This document shows positions 19,310 to 29,639 of a stretch of 64,000 nt of DNA, in pieces; within the stretch, counting starts at the first letter, position 1; each line of letters begins with the position of its first letter. The stretch comes from Candidatus Poribacteria bacterium (GTDB lineage: Bacteria > Poribacteria > WGA-4E > PCPOR2b): NCBI GenBank assembly GCA_965218095.1, contig OZ244587.1, positions 416,001-480,000 of the forward strand, given 5' to 3'. The notes beneath the pieces were generated by a model. That model saw nothing but the letters and a program-made list of their open reading frames with translations. It was not told the DNA's origin and did no database searches. The translations under genes and the position numbers were made by a program.

Positions 19310-19738
19310 CTAAGGACACATATCTTTACGCAGCAGGCGTGAATGGCTTTTTGTCTGGTACACTCTGCCGCCGACCAAATTGCGATTCTTAAAGTCCTCG
19401 TGCAATGTTTTGTCGTTGGAAACCAATACTTTTACATTTGCGATAATGGCTAATGCGATAATATGCGGGTCATCTGATCTAATTGCATCTGTTCGGTTTA
19501 GTTCATTCTCTTTTGCTTCCACCCCTTGGGGCAGTATCTCTTTAAGTTGCCCAGATTGTCTTAATAGCTTTATCAAATTGGTAACTCCCCCTCTTTCCCA
19601 TTCTTCTTCAAATTTCTTCGTATTGGAGTAAGCTATTTTGCCATTCTTTTTCCGCAACCAATTCCACACAGGCTCCATATTCTCATTGGCTGGCTCCCTA
19701 AATTCACCAAACATATTGGCATCCAAAACAATACACAT
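19310..19738 (-). CDS. PIN-domain nuclease
   Basis: IVLDAN, EEE, SDDPHIIALA and LVSNDK supply the acidic PIN active-site residues. Confidence 0.8.
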   Translation of the reverse strand: MCIVLDANMFGEFREPANENMEPVWNWLRKKNGKIAYSNTKKFEEEWERGGVTNLIKLLRQSGQLKEILPQGVEAKENELNRTDAIRSDDPHIIALAIIANVKVLVSNDKTLHEDFKNRNLVGGRVYQTKSHSRLLRKDMCP

Positions 19739-19740
19739 AA

Positions 19741-21036
19741 CTAGTCCTCAAACCCCATAAGCTGGCGGTATTCTGTCATGAAAAATTCTCTGTAATGCGG
19801 CGGCGCCCCCTCCATATTACCCATCTTATCAAACCTGATATTATGCACCTTGACAACATTCCCCTTTGGCTCCAGATATATCAGCGACACATCCTCGGGG
19901 CGGATATTGCCTTTTCTGATTTCAACGCGCGCCCGGTCAATCATATAGTCGCTGTGCGTTTCAACGATAAACGCCCGATTACCCTCGCTTGCCAATGTTG
20001 CTAGCAGAGAAGATAGTTCTGCCTGCGCCCTCGGGTGCAGATGGACTTCAGGCTGTTGTAATAGGAAGAAAGGCATCTCCATCAGAGGTTGACCAGAAAT
20101 AGGCGGATCTAAAATATCCACTAAAATCGGCAGAATTTGACTGACGCCGTAGCCGACATCAATGATATTGGAGTTCGGCCCCCTCACCTTGACTTTCAGT
20201 TGGAATGGATTACCCATAGACCCACCAAAGTTTCTAACATCTATGTTCTGAAACAGGCCCGAGCTCTTACCAAATTGAACCAACACCGTTTTCAATGCTT
20301 CCCACCTCTTTTTTTGGGTCGCTTGTGTCTGCATTAACCGCATCGGCACATCGCTCCCTTCAGGATCATAAAATTCCCGCGTCGGATCATACGTCCGTTT
20401 CGGGCGTGAGCGAATCGGTGCGGTACTAAAGACGGATAGGCTTTCCCGCATTTTCCACCATGGAGGTATCGCACGCTCGCGCTTTTCCAAATAGTTCGCT
20501 AAGGCTTTTTCGCCCTCAGATCGCCCTTCTCCTCTAAGATGCCCTAAAAGGAAGAGAGGGGGGCTAGTATCCAAAATATCAGAATTTACATATATACAAT
20601 ACTGATTTTGTTCTTCATCAAAGGAAGCTAAACGCATGTAAGGTAGTTTATCGTCGGCACTTAACACGATTTCGCTGTCAGTGAATGTCAGTGTTACTGA
20701 CTTAGCAGTAGGCTCAATTCCTCCCTTTTTTTTAACGAATTGGACTGTCCATTCAACATCTCCATTCTCGGTTCTAAAAGTAAACCCAAGCGTAAACGTC
20801 TTCTCTTTTTTTCTGCTGTTTCTGACAATATCCTTAAAGGTTCCCATTGAGTAAGGGTCTGTATTAAAATCTATTCTCTCACCCCCCAAATAATTGGCTA
20901 ACATCTGAAAACATGCCAACGCTGTGGTCTTGCCGGTACTGTTTTCTCCAACCAAAAACGTCAGAGGCCGAATCTCAAACTCCTGGCGTTCCGCAAAACA
21001 GCGTACCTCCTCCATTGTGAATTGGGTGATGTTCAT
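19741..21036 (-). CDS. ABC-type AAA ATPase (AAA_15/AAA_21-like with DUF3696-like C-terminus)
   Basis: Walker A GENSTGKT, signature DVGYGVSQ, Walker B LLQQPEVHLHP, H-loop VETHS. Confidence 0.88.
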   Translation of the reverse strand: MNITQFTMEEVRCFAERQEFEIRPLTFLVGENSTGKTTALACFQMLANYLGGERIDFNTDPYSMGTFKDIVRNSRKKEKTFTLGFTFRTENGDVEWTVQFVKKKGGIEPTAKSVTLTFTDSEIVLSADDKLPYMRLASFDEEQNQYCIYVNSDILDTSPPLFLLGHLRGEGRSEGEKALANYLEKRERAIPPWWKMRESLSVFSTAPIRSRPKRTYDPTREFYDPEGSDVPMRLMQTQATQKKRWEALKTVLVQFGKSSGLFQNIDVRNFGGSMGNPFQLKVKVRGPNSNIIDVGYGVSQILPILVDILDPPISGQPLMEMPFFLLQQPEVHLHPRAQAELSSLLATLASEGNRAFIVETHSDYMIDRARVEIRKGNIRPEDVSLIYLEPKGNVVKVHNIRFDKMGNMEGAPPHYREFFMTEYRQLMGFED

Positions 21037-22430
21037 CCGGTTACCTCCTGCGTCTCATTTTCCAGATAGTCAATCGCGGTTTGTTCGTCCTCCTCAATGG
21101 CTATCTCCACCGCTCGCTTGGCACATTCCAGTAGACGCTTGGACTGCTTTCGCAAGTTAAAGGATTCAACGACTTTCTGCTGGATTTGGATTTGTTTTTC
21201 TTCTGCGATTATTGGTAAGATAACCTTGCCAAATTCATCTTTATTGATTGCCGTAAGGATTGTACCGCTACATCCTTTCTTAAGTTGTAATTGTCCAATT
21301 ATACTTTTCAATAGTACAAGCAAAGTCTCGGAATTGAATGCCTGTGAGTTGACAACATGGAATCCGGTAGAGCAAAGAGCTTGATCGTATTCCTTATCTA
21401 TTAAGGCGATACTGTCCAATGAACCCTCTATAGATGAAACAATAACATCTCCCATTGCCACCTGACGCCTTGCCCTACTTGGCAAATCCTGACCTTGTTC
21501 TATCATGCAATCGGCGATCCCCCCATCCCCTACGATATTGGCAAGTTCAATGTATTTGTACTCGGTTTTATCCGCCAGTCTGAAGTTCTTATCTTTTAAG
21601 TCAACCAAACTCCCCAGCGTATCCCATCCGCACGAATGGTTTTTGATGGCGTAGGCTATTTCTTCGTATTTCGGCTGGAAGTAATCTGCGTCGATACGTT
21701 CTGCTCGTTCCATGTCGGAATAGTTCTTGACAAAGGTCAGCCGATGTTTCGGTTGCCAGTCAGTAAGCCCGAGTTCGGAGAGGAGGAGGGTTTGGGCTTG
21801 GGTGTATCTTATTTTTGATAATTGAGTTAAATCGTGAGAACGCAGGTAAGTTTTTTCGATTTCAATCTGAATGTCTCTCCAAACGGGCATCGGGATTTGA
21901 TATAAAAAATACGGTGCAATTTCAGGTTGTGAGCCCCCATACATACCTTTATCTATCAATTTTCTGCCATATTTGGTATTTAAAAAAACGGTTATAAAGA
22001 ACGGGTTCAAGTTGCCACTTTTAACGATAAAGGTATGAGACGATGCTATAGTCTGTCTCTTTTCTAGATAGATAGCGCATTGACCAAAGTTCGCGCCGGA
22101 TCGAGTTATCAAAATGTCTTTGTAATGTAAGGTGTTATCTTTTAGACGCTCTACATCCTCTTCTGAGATATAAACTGGATTGGTTGTCAGGTCAATGGAT
22201 AGGGGGCGAACGTTTTGCGCTCTCAAAAATAGAACGCCATCGTCCACATAATTTCGCTTTATCTCTTTGGGATGCTTTATCTCAACCTGAAAATCAATTA
22301 ACCTGTGCGAACTAATTTCCTCAAGCTGTTTTTGGACTTTTAAATAATCAGGGCGAAAAAATTCAGCATCAAACCGCCTAGAATCTGATGCTTCCACTAC
22401 CGATTGATAATTAACAATTGAATATTGCAT
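21033..22430 (-). CDS. Restriction-modification specificity subunit (HsdS-like, two TRDs)
   Basis: Two halves starting RFDAEFF and RIDADYFQP; DILITRSG / GDVIVS...STGF; conserved helical spacers. Confidence 0.85.
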   Translation of the reverse strand: MQYSIVNYQSVVEASDSRRFDAEFFRPDYLKVQKQLEEISSHRLIDFQVEIKHPKEIKRNYVDDGVLFLRAQNVRPLSIDLTTNPVYISEEDVERLKDNTLHYKDILITRSGANFGQCAIYLEKRQTIASSHTFIVKSGNLNPFFITVFLNTKYGRKLIDKGMYGGSQPEIAPYFLYQIPMPVWRDIQIEIEKTYLRSHDLTQLSKIRYTQAQTLLLSELGLTDWQPKHRLTFVKNYSDMERAERIDADYFQPKYEEIAYAIKNHSCGWDTLGSLVDLKDKNFRLADKTEYKYIELANIVGDGGIADCMIEQGQDLPSRARRQVAMGDVIVSSIEGSLDSIALIDKEYDQALCSTGFHVVNSQAFNSETLLVLLKSIIGQLQLKKGCSGTILTAINKDEFGKVILPIIAEEKQIQIQQKVVESFNLRKQSKRLLECAKRAVEIAIEEDEQTAIDYLENETQEVTG

Positions 22431-22484
22431 TATTCATCCTTTGCGATATCCGTTTGGCCGGATCACCTTCTCCAATTCCCAGTT

Positions 22485-22858
22485 GTAGGGAACGCAGCTC
22501 TGCGTTCCCTGCGATGATTACAATACCGTGTATGTGATTTGGCATCACGACAAATTCATCTAACGCCGTGTTGTGAAAATGTTCGGGGATAGCCCGCCAA
22601 CAATCCGCTACAATTTGTCCAATATCGCTTAACTTCATTCGCGCCTTTTCAATTTCCCCCAAAGAATTAACCCTGTCTTGGGTGCAAATTGTCACAAGAT
22701 AATATCCCGCCCGGGAATAATCGTAATTCTGTAACCGATTCGGTTTTCTATTGCGGTTATTCATGATTCGTGCGGATTATAGGGACAACCCCTCTGAACG
22801 GTCGATATTTTGTTGTTGTGTGCAATAGTAGTAGGGAACGCGGATCTGCGTTCCCTAC
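22485..22858 (-). mobile_element. Truncated REP-associated tyrosine transposase (RAYT, Y1/HUH) with two REP palindromes
   Basis: ORF from 22764: RKPNRLQNYDYS..GYY.VTICT...DEFVVMPNHIHGI; C-terminal half missing; REPs GTAGGGAACGC..GCGTTCCCT(G/A)C at 22485-22512 and 22831-22858. Confidence 0.85.
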
Positions 22859-22934
22859 GATAATTACAATAAGGTTTAGACGATGTCACCATGCATTCCA
22901 AGATTAGATGACTGAATCTCTGCGACAGAATTAT

Positions 22935-24890
22935 TTAAACATAGTTCTTCCCAAAACTGAGTCCTTCGCCCTTTGCCCACTCAATAAAGGCTTCAGCTAT
23001 GCTATGCAAATCGTGGTCAACGATCGGATGGCCATTTTTATCCAATCTATACTGTCCGCTGCCGTTTTGGGCATAGACATAATCGCCGGAGTTGTCCTTG
23101 CCGCCCTTCTCACTCATGGCAAAGAAAATAGGGTAGTCATCTTCCTTGCGACAAAGCGGTCCCTTGTCTGGATCATTGTTCCACTTTTGCAGGAACAGGA
23201 CGCTGGTTTTGGTGCCGGTGTGCGGTTTGAAAGTGTTGCCATGTAAACCAATCACCGCCAAGATACGCCCCTGCTCGGCGATAAAATCGCGGATGTACTT
23301 GTCGGATGTGTTGTTGAATCTGCCCTGCGGTAGCACAATCGCCATACGCCCACCGGGTTTCAGAAAGTCCAGATTGCGCTCAATAAACAGAATGTCGCGT
23401 CCAACTTCACTTTTCACCTTTCCTTTTGCGTTAAAGCTGAGTTCGTATTGATGCAGCAAAGGGCCCTCCTTGATTTTACCAGCAAAGGGCGGATTTGCCA
23501 TCAGGATATCAAAGTTAAACAGTTTGTTTTCATCTTTTTCCGCTCTCAGTTTTTCCAGTCGTTTAAAACCCTTGATGTAGGTGCTGATCCAATTTTTATC
23601 GAGCTCGGTCTGGTCGCCCCAGCGTTCAAAATCGAGCGTGTTTAGGTGTAAAACGTTGGCTTCTCCGTCGCCTGCAATCAGGTTCAATGTCCTAGCAACC
23701 CGGACCGTTTTCTCATCAAAGTCAATGCCGAATACTTTTAAGATATTCCTTTTCTCCTTGGCTGATATTTCTGTATTACCGAACAAGCGTATCCTTTTGA
23801 AGATGGTATGTACAGGAAAGCCACAACTGCCGGCGGCGGTATCAATCATATATTCACCGGGCTGAGGATTTAACATCCGAACACACATTTCAATTACATG
23901 ACGCGGCGTAAAATACTGCCCCTTTTCTCCTTTGGCGGATTTGTTGACCAGATATTCAAAGGCTTCATCTATGATCTGCAGGTCGGAGTTGAACAGTTTG
24001 ATATCCTGCAAGCTAGACACACAGACAGACAGATGGCTGTCGGAAAGTTTAAAAATTTCATCTTCGGGAAAAACGCCTGACCATTGATCTTTCGCTTCGT
24101 TGAAAAGACGCTGAATCTTATTCTTCAGTTTCGTGTTGGTCTGCCCGGTATTTCGGAACTCCATGATTCTCGGTTTGTCGTGCTGGCTCAGAAATTCATC
24201 ATAGAGCTTGGTAAATATGAGTTTGAAAACCTCCTCAAAAACATCCACCCCGGCATTTGCCAGCACTTCATCCTCCATTTCCAAAATGATTTCCTTCAGG
24301 GATTTCCGCCCCTTGGTGAGCTTATCCGTCCGGATAAGGTCTTCCACGGTGAAACGTTCTTCGCGGATATCTTCAATGGCTTGGCTCACATTGGGAATGT
24401 CAGTAATCTCTTCAAAGTAATTCGGGTCTTTGCGGTTGTAATGGGAAATTTGTTCGCCGTTTGTCCAGACGCCGATCGGTGCGCCGGTGGCATTGCAGTA
24501 GGAACGTAGCTGATTTTTACCGTCCTTGAGTTTGGGCTTTTTCAACTCCACAATAATATACTCGATATCCGGGCGATCTTTGTCGAAGATAACGATATCG
24601 GTTTTTTTCGTTTGCCTGCCGAAGTTGACCGGATGTTCAAAGGCTAAACGCCTTTTGGGGTAGTGGTAATGATTAATCAGCTTTGCCGCATACAGTTGGC
24701 GGACTATCTCTTCAGGCTTTAGTTGAATCTGCTTATCCCGAACGATGCAGTTAACAAACGGGGTTTCTTTGCCTCTGTATGGTTTGATACAGATCCTATC
24801 GCGTAGCTTGTTAATTTCATCTTCCGTAAATAAGGTGAGATGATAATCGGTGTCTTTGAGTATTGTTTGGATGATGTCGGGTTGTGTCAT
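22935..24890 (-). CDS. Fused restriction endonuclease (HsdR_N-type PD-(D/E)xK) and N6-adenine methyltransferase
   Basis: PEEIVRQ, TDIVI...IVELK...QL.SY, TNG; GQYFTPR, DTAAGSCGF, NPPF. Confidence 0.92.
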   Translation of the reverse strand: MTQPDIIQTILKDTDYHLTLFTEDEINKLRDRICIKPYRGKETPFVNCIVRDKQIQLKPEEIVRQLYAAKLINHYHYPKRRLAFEHPVNFGRQTKKTDIVIFDKDRPDIEYIIVELKKPKLKDGKNQLRSYCNATGAPIGVWTNGEQISHYNRKDPNYFEEITDIPNVSQAIEDIREERFTVEDLIRTDKLTKGRKSLKEIILEMEDEVLANAGVDVFEEVFKLIFTKLYDEFLSQHDKPRIMEFRNTGQTNTKLKNKIQRLFNEAKDQWSGVFPEDEIFKLSDSHLSVCVSSLQDIKLFNSDLQIIDEAFEYLVNKSAKGEKGQYFTPRHVIEMCVRMLNPQPGEYMIDTAAGSCGFPVHTIFKRIRLFGNTEISAKEKRNILKVFGIDFDEKTVRVARTLNLIAGDGEANVLHLNTLDFERWGDQTELDKNWISTYIKGFKRLEKLRAEKDENKLFNFDILMANPPFAGKIKEGPLLHQYELSFNAKGKVKSEVGRDILFIERNLDFLKPGGRMAIVLPQGRFNNTSDKYIRDFIAEQGRILAVIGLHGNTFKPHTGTKTSVLFLQKWNNDPDKGPLCRKEDDYPIFFAMSEKGGKDNSGDYVYAQNGSGQYRLDKNGHPIVDHDLHSIAEAFIEWAKGEGLSFGKNYV

Positions 24891-24959
24891 AACTCCTCCG
24901 TAATCTGCCGTATGATTTACGGCAAGGCATATTTAATTTTTCTGGTCGTTCAAAACGCT

Positions 24960-25517
24960 TCAGGTTTTCCGCTCCATCGCAAGCAGTTTCCGTTTCCAAT
25001 GCAACCCGCCCGTATAACCGCCGAGCCCGCCATCGCTACGGACAACACGATGACACGGAACGATGATCGGCAGGGGGTTAGCGCCCATTGCCCCGCCAAC
25101 AGCTCGCGCTGCGTTCGGTTGGCCAATCTCCTGCGCAATCCAACTATAGCTTCGGACCTGACCGTAAGGAATCCGAAGGGCAATCTCCCAAACGCGCCGC
25201 TGAAACGGCGTTCCGGCATCTAAATCGAGTTCGAGTGCAAAATCAATCTGCACTCCATCGAAGTATCGTGTCAGCAGTGCTTCCGCTTTCGATAGTTCCG
25301 GATCGAGGGCGTTGCATGTAACATTTTCGCGTTTTTCTATGCCATTTGGGGTGAGCGTATGTAAACCCCGTTTACCGTGCGAACCCCTGAGGATGCGATC
25401 TGCTGCAGCCGCGTCCGTCGGTGCGCCAAAAGTAACGCGAGCAATCCCTCGATCCGATTTCGCAATACCGACCCAGCCGAACCCCGATTTGAAACAGGTA
25501 TAATTCATGGCGGTCAT
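24960..25517 (-). CDS. ogt: Methylated-DNA-protein-cysteine methyltransferase
   Basis: GTPFQRRVW, IPYG, ARAVG, NP.PIIVPCHRV. Confidence 0.93.
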   Translation of the reverse strand: MTAMNYTCFKSGFGWVGIAKSDRGIARVTFGAPTDAAAADRILRGSHGKRGLHTLTPNGIEKRENVTCNALDPELSKAEALLTRYFDGVQIDFALELDLDAGTPFQRRVWEIALRIPYGQVRSYSWIAQEIGQPNAARAVGGAMGANPLPIIVPCHRVVRSDGGLGGYTGGLHWKRKLLAMERKT

Positions 25518-25747
25518 ACAACCGTCCCAAGTTGGGCATTTTCGCCTGTTGGAATCGATTTTCCTTCAACTTCAAGTATCACCCACTCACGACTGAGGAG
25601 TTCAAATAGACTCATGATTTCCTCTCTCTGCGTGAGACTATCGAGCGGAATCTCAAAGGTGAGTGTCGCAAACTCCTCTTTCTGTACATCGCCCTCTTTG
25701 TTGAATTTCATGGGGGTAATCTGAATCTTTTTCAACTTTGCATCCAT
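25514..25747 (-). CDS. Small hypothetical protein
   Basis: Strong RBS AAGGAGG; ATGA overlap with ogt. Confidence 0.7.
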   Translation of the reverse strand: MDAKLKKIQITPMKFNKEGDVQKEEFATLTFEIPLDSLTQREEIMSLFELLSREWVILEVEGKSIPTGENAQLGTVV

Positions 25748-25802
25748 AGTTTGGTTGCCTCCTTAAAATTTGGTTTGTTATTCAAATCCTGCTTTTGATG
25801 CG

Positions 25803-28129
25803 CTAAAATAGCCCAACCTTGAGCAGGTGTGCCAGCTTCACAAAGACAATCTGTTCCGTTTCACCATCTTTTTCGCGATTATTATTGTAGACAAGAAAGA
25901 ATGTGCTTTCAGGAAGGTATTCGTAAGCGAACAACCCGAAAATCCGCCGCTCGTCATCAATCGTGAACTCTGCGCTAGAGTGGAAGAACATCCGCTGTGC
26001 GAATTGATAGTTGATAGCAAAGCGGTGCGTCCACTGTTCAAGTTCACCATCTTCCACCAAACGCTGCAGGGTCAGTTCCAAAGCTAGCTTCGATGTCGGG
26101 CGGACCGTAATTTCTGGGCGAATGAAGAAAGTATCTTTATCATCTCGGATGCCCACCGATCCAAAATTCAGAATCCTCACCCATTTGGGTGGAAACCAAC
26201 CGGCGAAGAAATTTACGACTTTATCCGTGTAAGCCACACCGTCGTCGTCATCGACAGGATAGTACCATTCTGGACCGCCGAAAAGGAAGACATCCTTAAC
26301 CCCAATCAATCCATCGAATCGATAGCGTTCGTTGGTACGTCGCCCCGCATGGTTATACAGGAGTTCGTATTGGCCTTCGCCGCGCAGGCGTTGGACCAGC
26401 CCTGCATATTGCTTATTGTACCGAGTGGAAAACTCGACACCCCGCCGATCCGTCCTTGGAATAAAACCGGTATCCACATCAAAATGTTCGCCGATGTCAA
26501 TATACCGCGCCTCGAATGAAAACTCATTCGCTCGGCGAGAAGTTCGGCAAAGATTATATCATCGTTCTCAATACCGGACTTCCACTCCCTGGCGTATTCA
26601 AGGTTGAGATTCACATCGGCGGGCAGCGTAAAACGGGCATCAATCCCCGACGCCCGGTCGTACAGACTCCCCCGTTGTTTGTTCAGTCCTAATAGTCCGA
26701 TCGCCGAGGTTTTGCCGAGATCCCGCTGCACGCGGAAAACGGAATAACGGAATAACGGAATAGTTGTATTCATCAGCCGGCAACTGATCTGCGTCAACCT
26801 CGTAAACGTTTAGCCTATCCCTCTGCTCTATGATAGTGTACCGCTTTTCTTCTTCTTTATCTGTTATCAGCCATTTGCTCTCTCTATCCTTGACGGCAAC
26901 GGAGGCAGCCTCGGAAAGAGAGATGTCATTCGTGTCAAATACCTCGCGCAAATCCCGCGTGAGAGTTCCCCGATCGAGATCGCTGCTGAACCGCGACTCT
27001 GCCTTGAACGCTGCATTTTCCGGCCCCGCCTGTGCGGTCAAGAAGGCAAAATTATAATCACTCAGCTTTCCAATCACCTTCCCTCCACGCATGAGATCCT
27101 CAATCCGGCGGCTATAAAACAACTCAACCGGCGTCTGGAAAAGCTCGTTCCCTTCCAAAAAGAATGGGCGCTTCTCTGGAAAACGGAGCGGAATATCCGT
27201 TAAGTTGACCCGGTCCGGATCGGCCTCGATCTGTGCGAAATCGGGATTGAGCGTGAAATCTACCGTCACGCTTGAGAAAGGATACCGAACATCGATTCCT
27301 GCAGCGGCATCCAATTTGGGGTCTTTATCGCCTATTTTTTCCGGCTTTAGGGTGCCGTAAGGTTTAACCTCTAGCGGACGTTTCGTAACGAGTCGGTCCA
27401 ACGGCAAGCCTGTCAGATGCCCAAAACGTGAAACGGCGTACTGTCGCCCCCCGAGGTCTACCCACGACAACTCCTCCTCACGCAACTCATCATTCCGCCA
27501 AAAATTGATTCCCCAAACCGCATGGGGATTCTTCTTCGGAAAACGGAGTTCCGCAAACGGGATGGAAAACTCCGCCGTCCATCGGTCATCGTATTTCGCA
27601 GTATGCCCAGCCCAATCACAGTCCCAGGCGACAGCGGAACCGACATTAGAACTACTCCGCCTCACATTTCCCCCCTCGTTTGTAATTCGTCGGTCCATCT
27701 GTGTACTGAGTGGGTTTAACGCGAAAACGTAGCAGTTACGCTGATCGAGATAGGTGTCAATTAAGACTTCGACGTGGTCATCAGAGAAGAAGAAAGAGTC
27801 CCGCCGGACTGAATTTGCGGCGAGATTGTTCATATCATCTTTGAAACACTCAAAACCGACATAAAGCCGATTCTGATCGTGAAGCAGGTAAATTTCGTTT
27901 TCTGGCTGGCAGGTTCACCTGTATTCGGCTCAAATTGAATAAAGTCGCCGGTCTGTGCCGCCTTCTGCCAACACGAATCCTCTAGTTTTCCATCGATTTC
28001 TGGCGGCGAATCGGTCTCAACGGCTTCGATCTTTCTAAGAATTGTATCCGCCACCGCGCACACCTTGCTGATGGGTAACGCAATCATTGCACCCACGAAT
28101 AACATTAATAAAAACCGGGTTATGTTCAT
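25803..28129 (-). pseudogene. CBM9-like / DUF5916 outer-membrane protein, three frameshifts
   Basis: PEIDGKLED..W, WTAEFSIPF.ELRF, NPDFAQIEAD, PEKRPFFLEG, FYSRRI, GFIPR split across four ORFs; shifts near 27890, 26739-26762 and 26540. Confidence 0.8.
26739..26762. repeat. 8-bp tandem repeat ACGGAATA x3 inside the DUF5916 gene
   Basis: One copy gives in-frame YNYSVFRVQRD; three copies shift the frame. Confidence 0.85.
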
Positions 28130-28296
28130 CCAATTCTCTCGTAATCTCTTTGAAATTTACTTAGAGTCCGGTACATTAGCCGAGCTACAGCACTTTAATT
28201 CTTTCTGGCAAGACGTTCGATCTGAATCATACTATTGACGAAAGACGAGCGGATAAGTTACCCAAATCCATCCACACAGTGACATGGGCATCGACT

Positions 28297-29052
28297 TTAA
28301 GCCTTCAGCGGACTCTGCCAGCAGACTCTGCCGACAAAGAATGGCCCGAGAGATTCGATATAGTTGGCGGTTTGCTGTGTTTTTCTCATCTCCTGTACAA
28401 GTCGCGATAATGGATAAAGCTCCGCTCCCATCAATCCAATCACGAAATCATTATCATGCTGATCGAGTCCGAAACACGCCAGCCGAATATCACGCGCATA
28501 GTCAGCCTCTGCATATGATCGACCAATTATAGCATGTTCGCGCAAAATCTTGCCCTGATCAGACTCGGGAAGCCGATAAAACTCCGGTTTCCGGCGGAGT
28601 GGATACCAGATTGCCCATGGTAACTCGGCATCCAAAGCATTACGGCGGGGCTTGACGAGCAGCCAGTCTTCCAAATCTGGTTCGTATCCGGATGAATATG
28701 TCCTGCCGATCATGGTAAATTCCGGCTCTGGAGATAGTGATACGAAGGGGCGACTCATCAGCAGCACCCTGGCTTCTGTCACAAGATCATCCGGATCTTC
28801 CGTCATAAAAAGCAAACCGATGCCGTAGGGGTCGTGCAGGTCATGATACAGGACAACCTGTAGCCCACTTGCGCTCAGTGGATGGATCAGTTCCTGTGGT
28901 TGAGGACATCCAGTGAATACCTGAAGCTGCAAAAACAATCGCCGCTTACTGATTTGCGGCGCGCCATTTATCGGGGCGCCGGTTTCACAGATGTCTGGTG
29001 ACTCGGCAGGTTGAACGCCTTGATTCGGATGCGCAGAATTTTGGGAACGCAT
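28297..29052 (-). CDS. Chlorite dismutase / coproheme decarboxylase (HemQ-like) family protein
   Basis: WYPLRR, 'ILREH..IG', CFGLD..D.DFVIG, LVQEMR, GPFFVG. Confidence 0.82.
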   Translation of the reverse strand: MRSQNSAHPNQGVQPAESPDICETGAPINGAPQISKRRLFLQLQVFTGCPQPQELIHPLSASGLQVVLYHDLHDPYGIGLLFMTEDPDDLVTEARVLLMSRPFVSLSPEPEFTMIGRTYSSGYEPDLEDWLLVKPRRNALDAELPWAIWYPLRRKPEFYRLPESDQGKILREHAIIGRSYAEADYARDIRLACFGLDQHDNDFVIGLMGAELYPLSRLVQEMRKTQQTANYIESLGPFFVGRVCWQSPLKA

Positions 29053-29202
29053 TTGTTTGTTTACCTCACTGTCGCCTTTGATTTAATTTTGTGAAGGTGT
29101 CAATCCACAGTATACTATACTGTTCCCACCAATTTCAATCTGAATTGGTTGCCCTTTTTTACACAGGACAAGGCGTCCGGTGAAAATTGCTCATGTTTCC
29201 TG

Positions 29203-29622
29203 TCATTGAAGATGGTAGAGCATCCAATAAACAATGATGCCTGTGATAGACACATACAGCCATATCGGAAGCGTCCATCGGGCAATACGGCGGTGTTTTG
29301 TGAACTGTTTTCGCCAGGCGAAGTAGAGCGTTATCAACGCGAGGGGGAGGATACAAGCAGCAAGGATAATGTGAGGAATAAGGACAATAAAGTAAACGGA
29401 ACGAATCCAACCTTGCCCTTCAAAGGGGGTTGATCCGACGTGGTAATGATAGATGAGGTAGGACGCTAGAAAGAAGGCTGAGGCCACGAAAGCCGCGATC
29501 ATACAGTTTCTGTGAGCGGTGATCTTTCGCTGTCGGATCATGAAGAACCCAAGGATCAGTAAAACGATGCTGATCACGTTCAGCGTGGCATTGACGGTAG
29601 GTAGGTCTGAGATGGTAAGCAT
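29203..29622 (-). CDS. DUF420 family membrane protein
   Basis: LPTVNATLN, HRNCM, FLASYL.YH, HRRIARWT.PIWLYVSITG; likely start MLTISD at 29622. Confidence 0.88.
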   Translation of the reverse strand: MLTISDLPTVNATLNVISIVLLILGFFMIRQRKITAHRNCMIAAFVASAFFLASYLIYHYHVGSTPFEGQGWIRSVYFIVLIPHIILAACILPLALITLYFAWRKQFTKHRRIARWTLPIWLYVSITGIIVYWMLYHLQ

Positions 29623-29639
29623 CTTTTTTTCACTATTCC

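Noticed and set aside
25340-25385. Possible palindrome insertion (GTAAAC-CCC-GTTTAC) in the ogt linker
   Set aside because: No second copy found in the window, and this linker is naturally variable.
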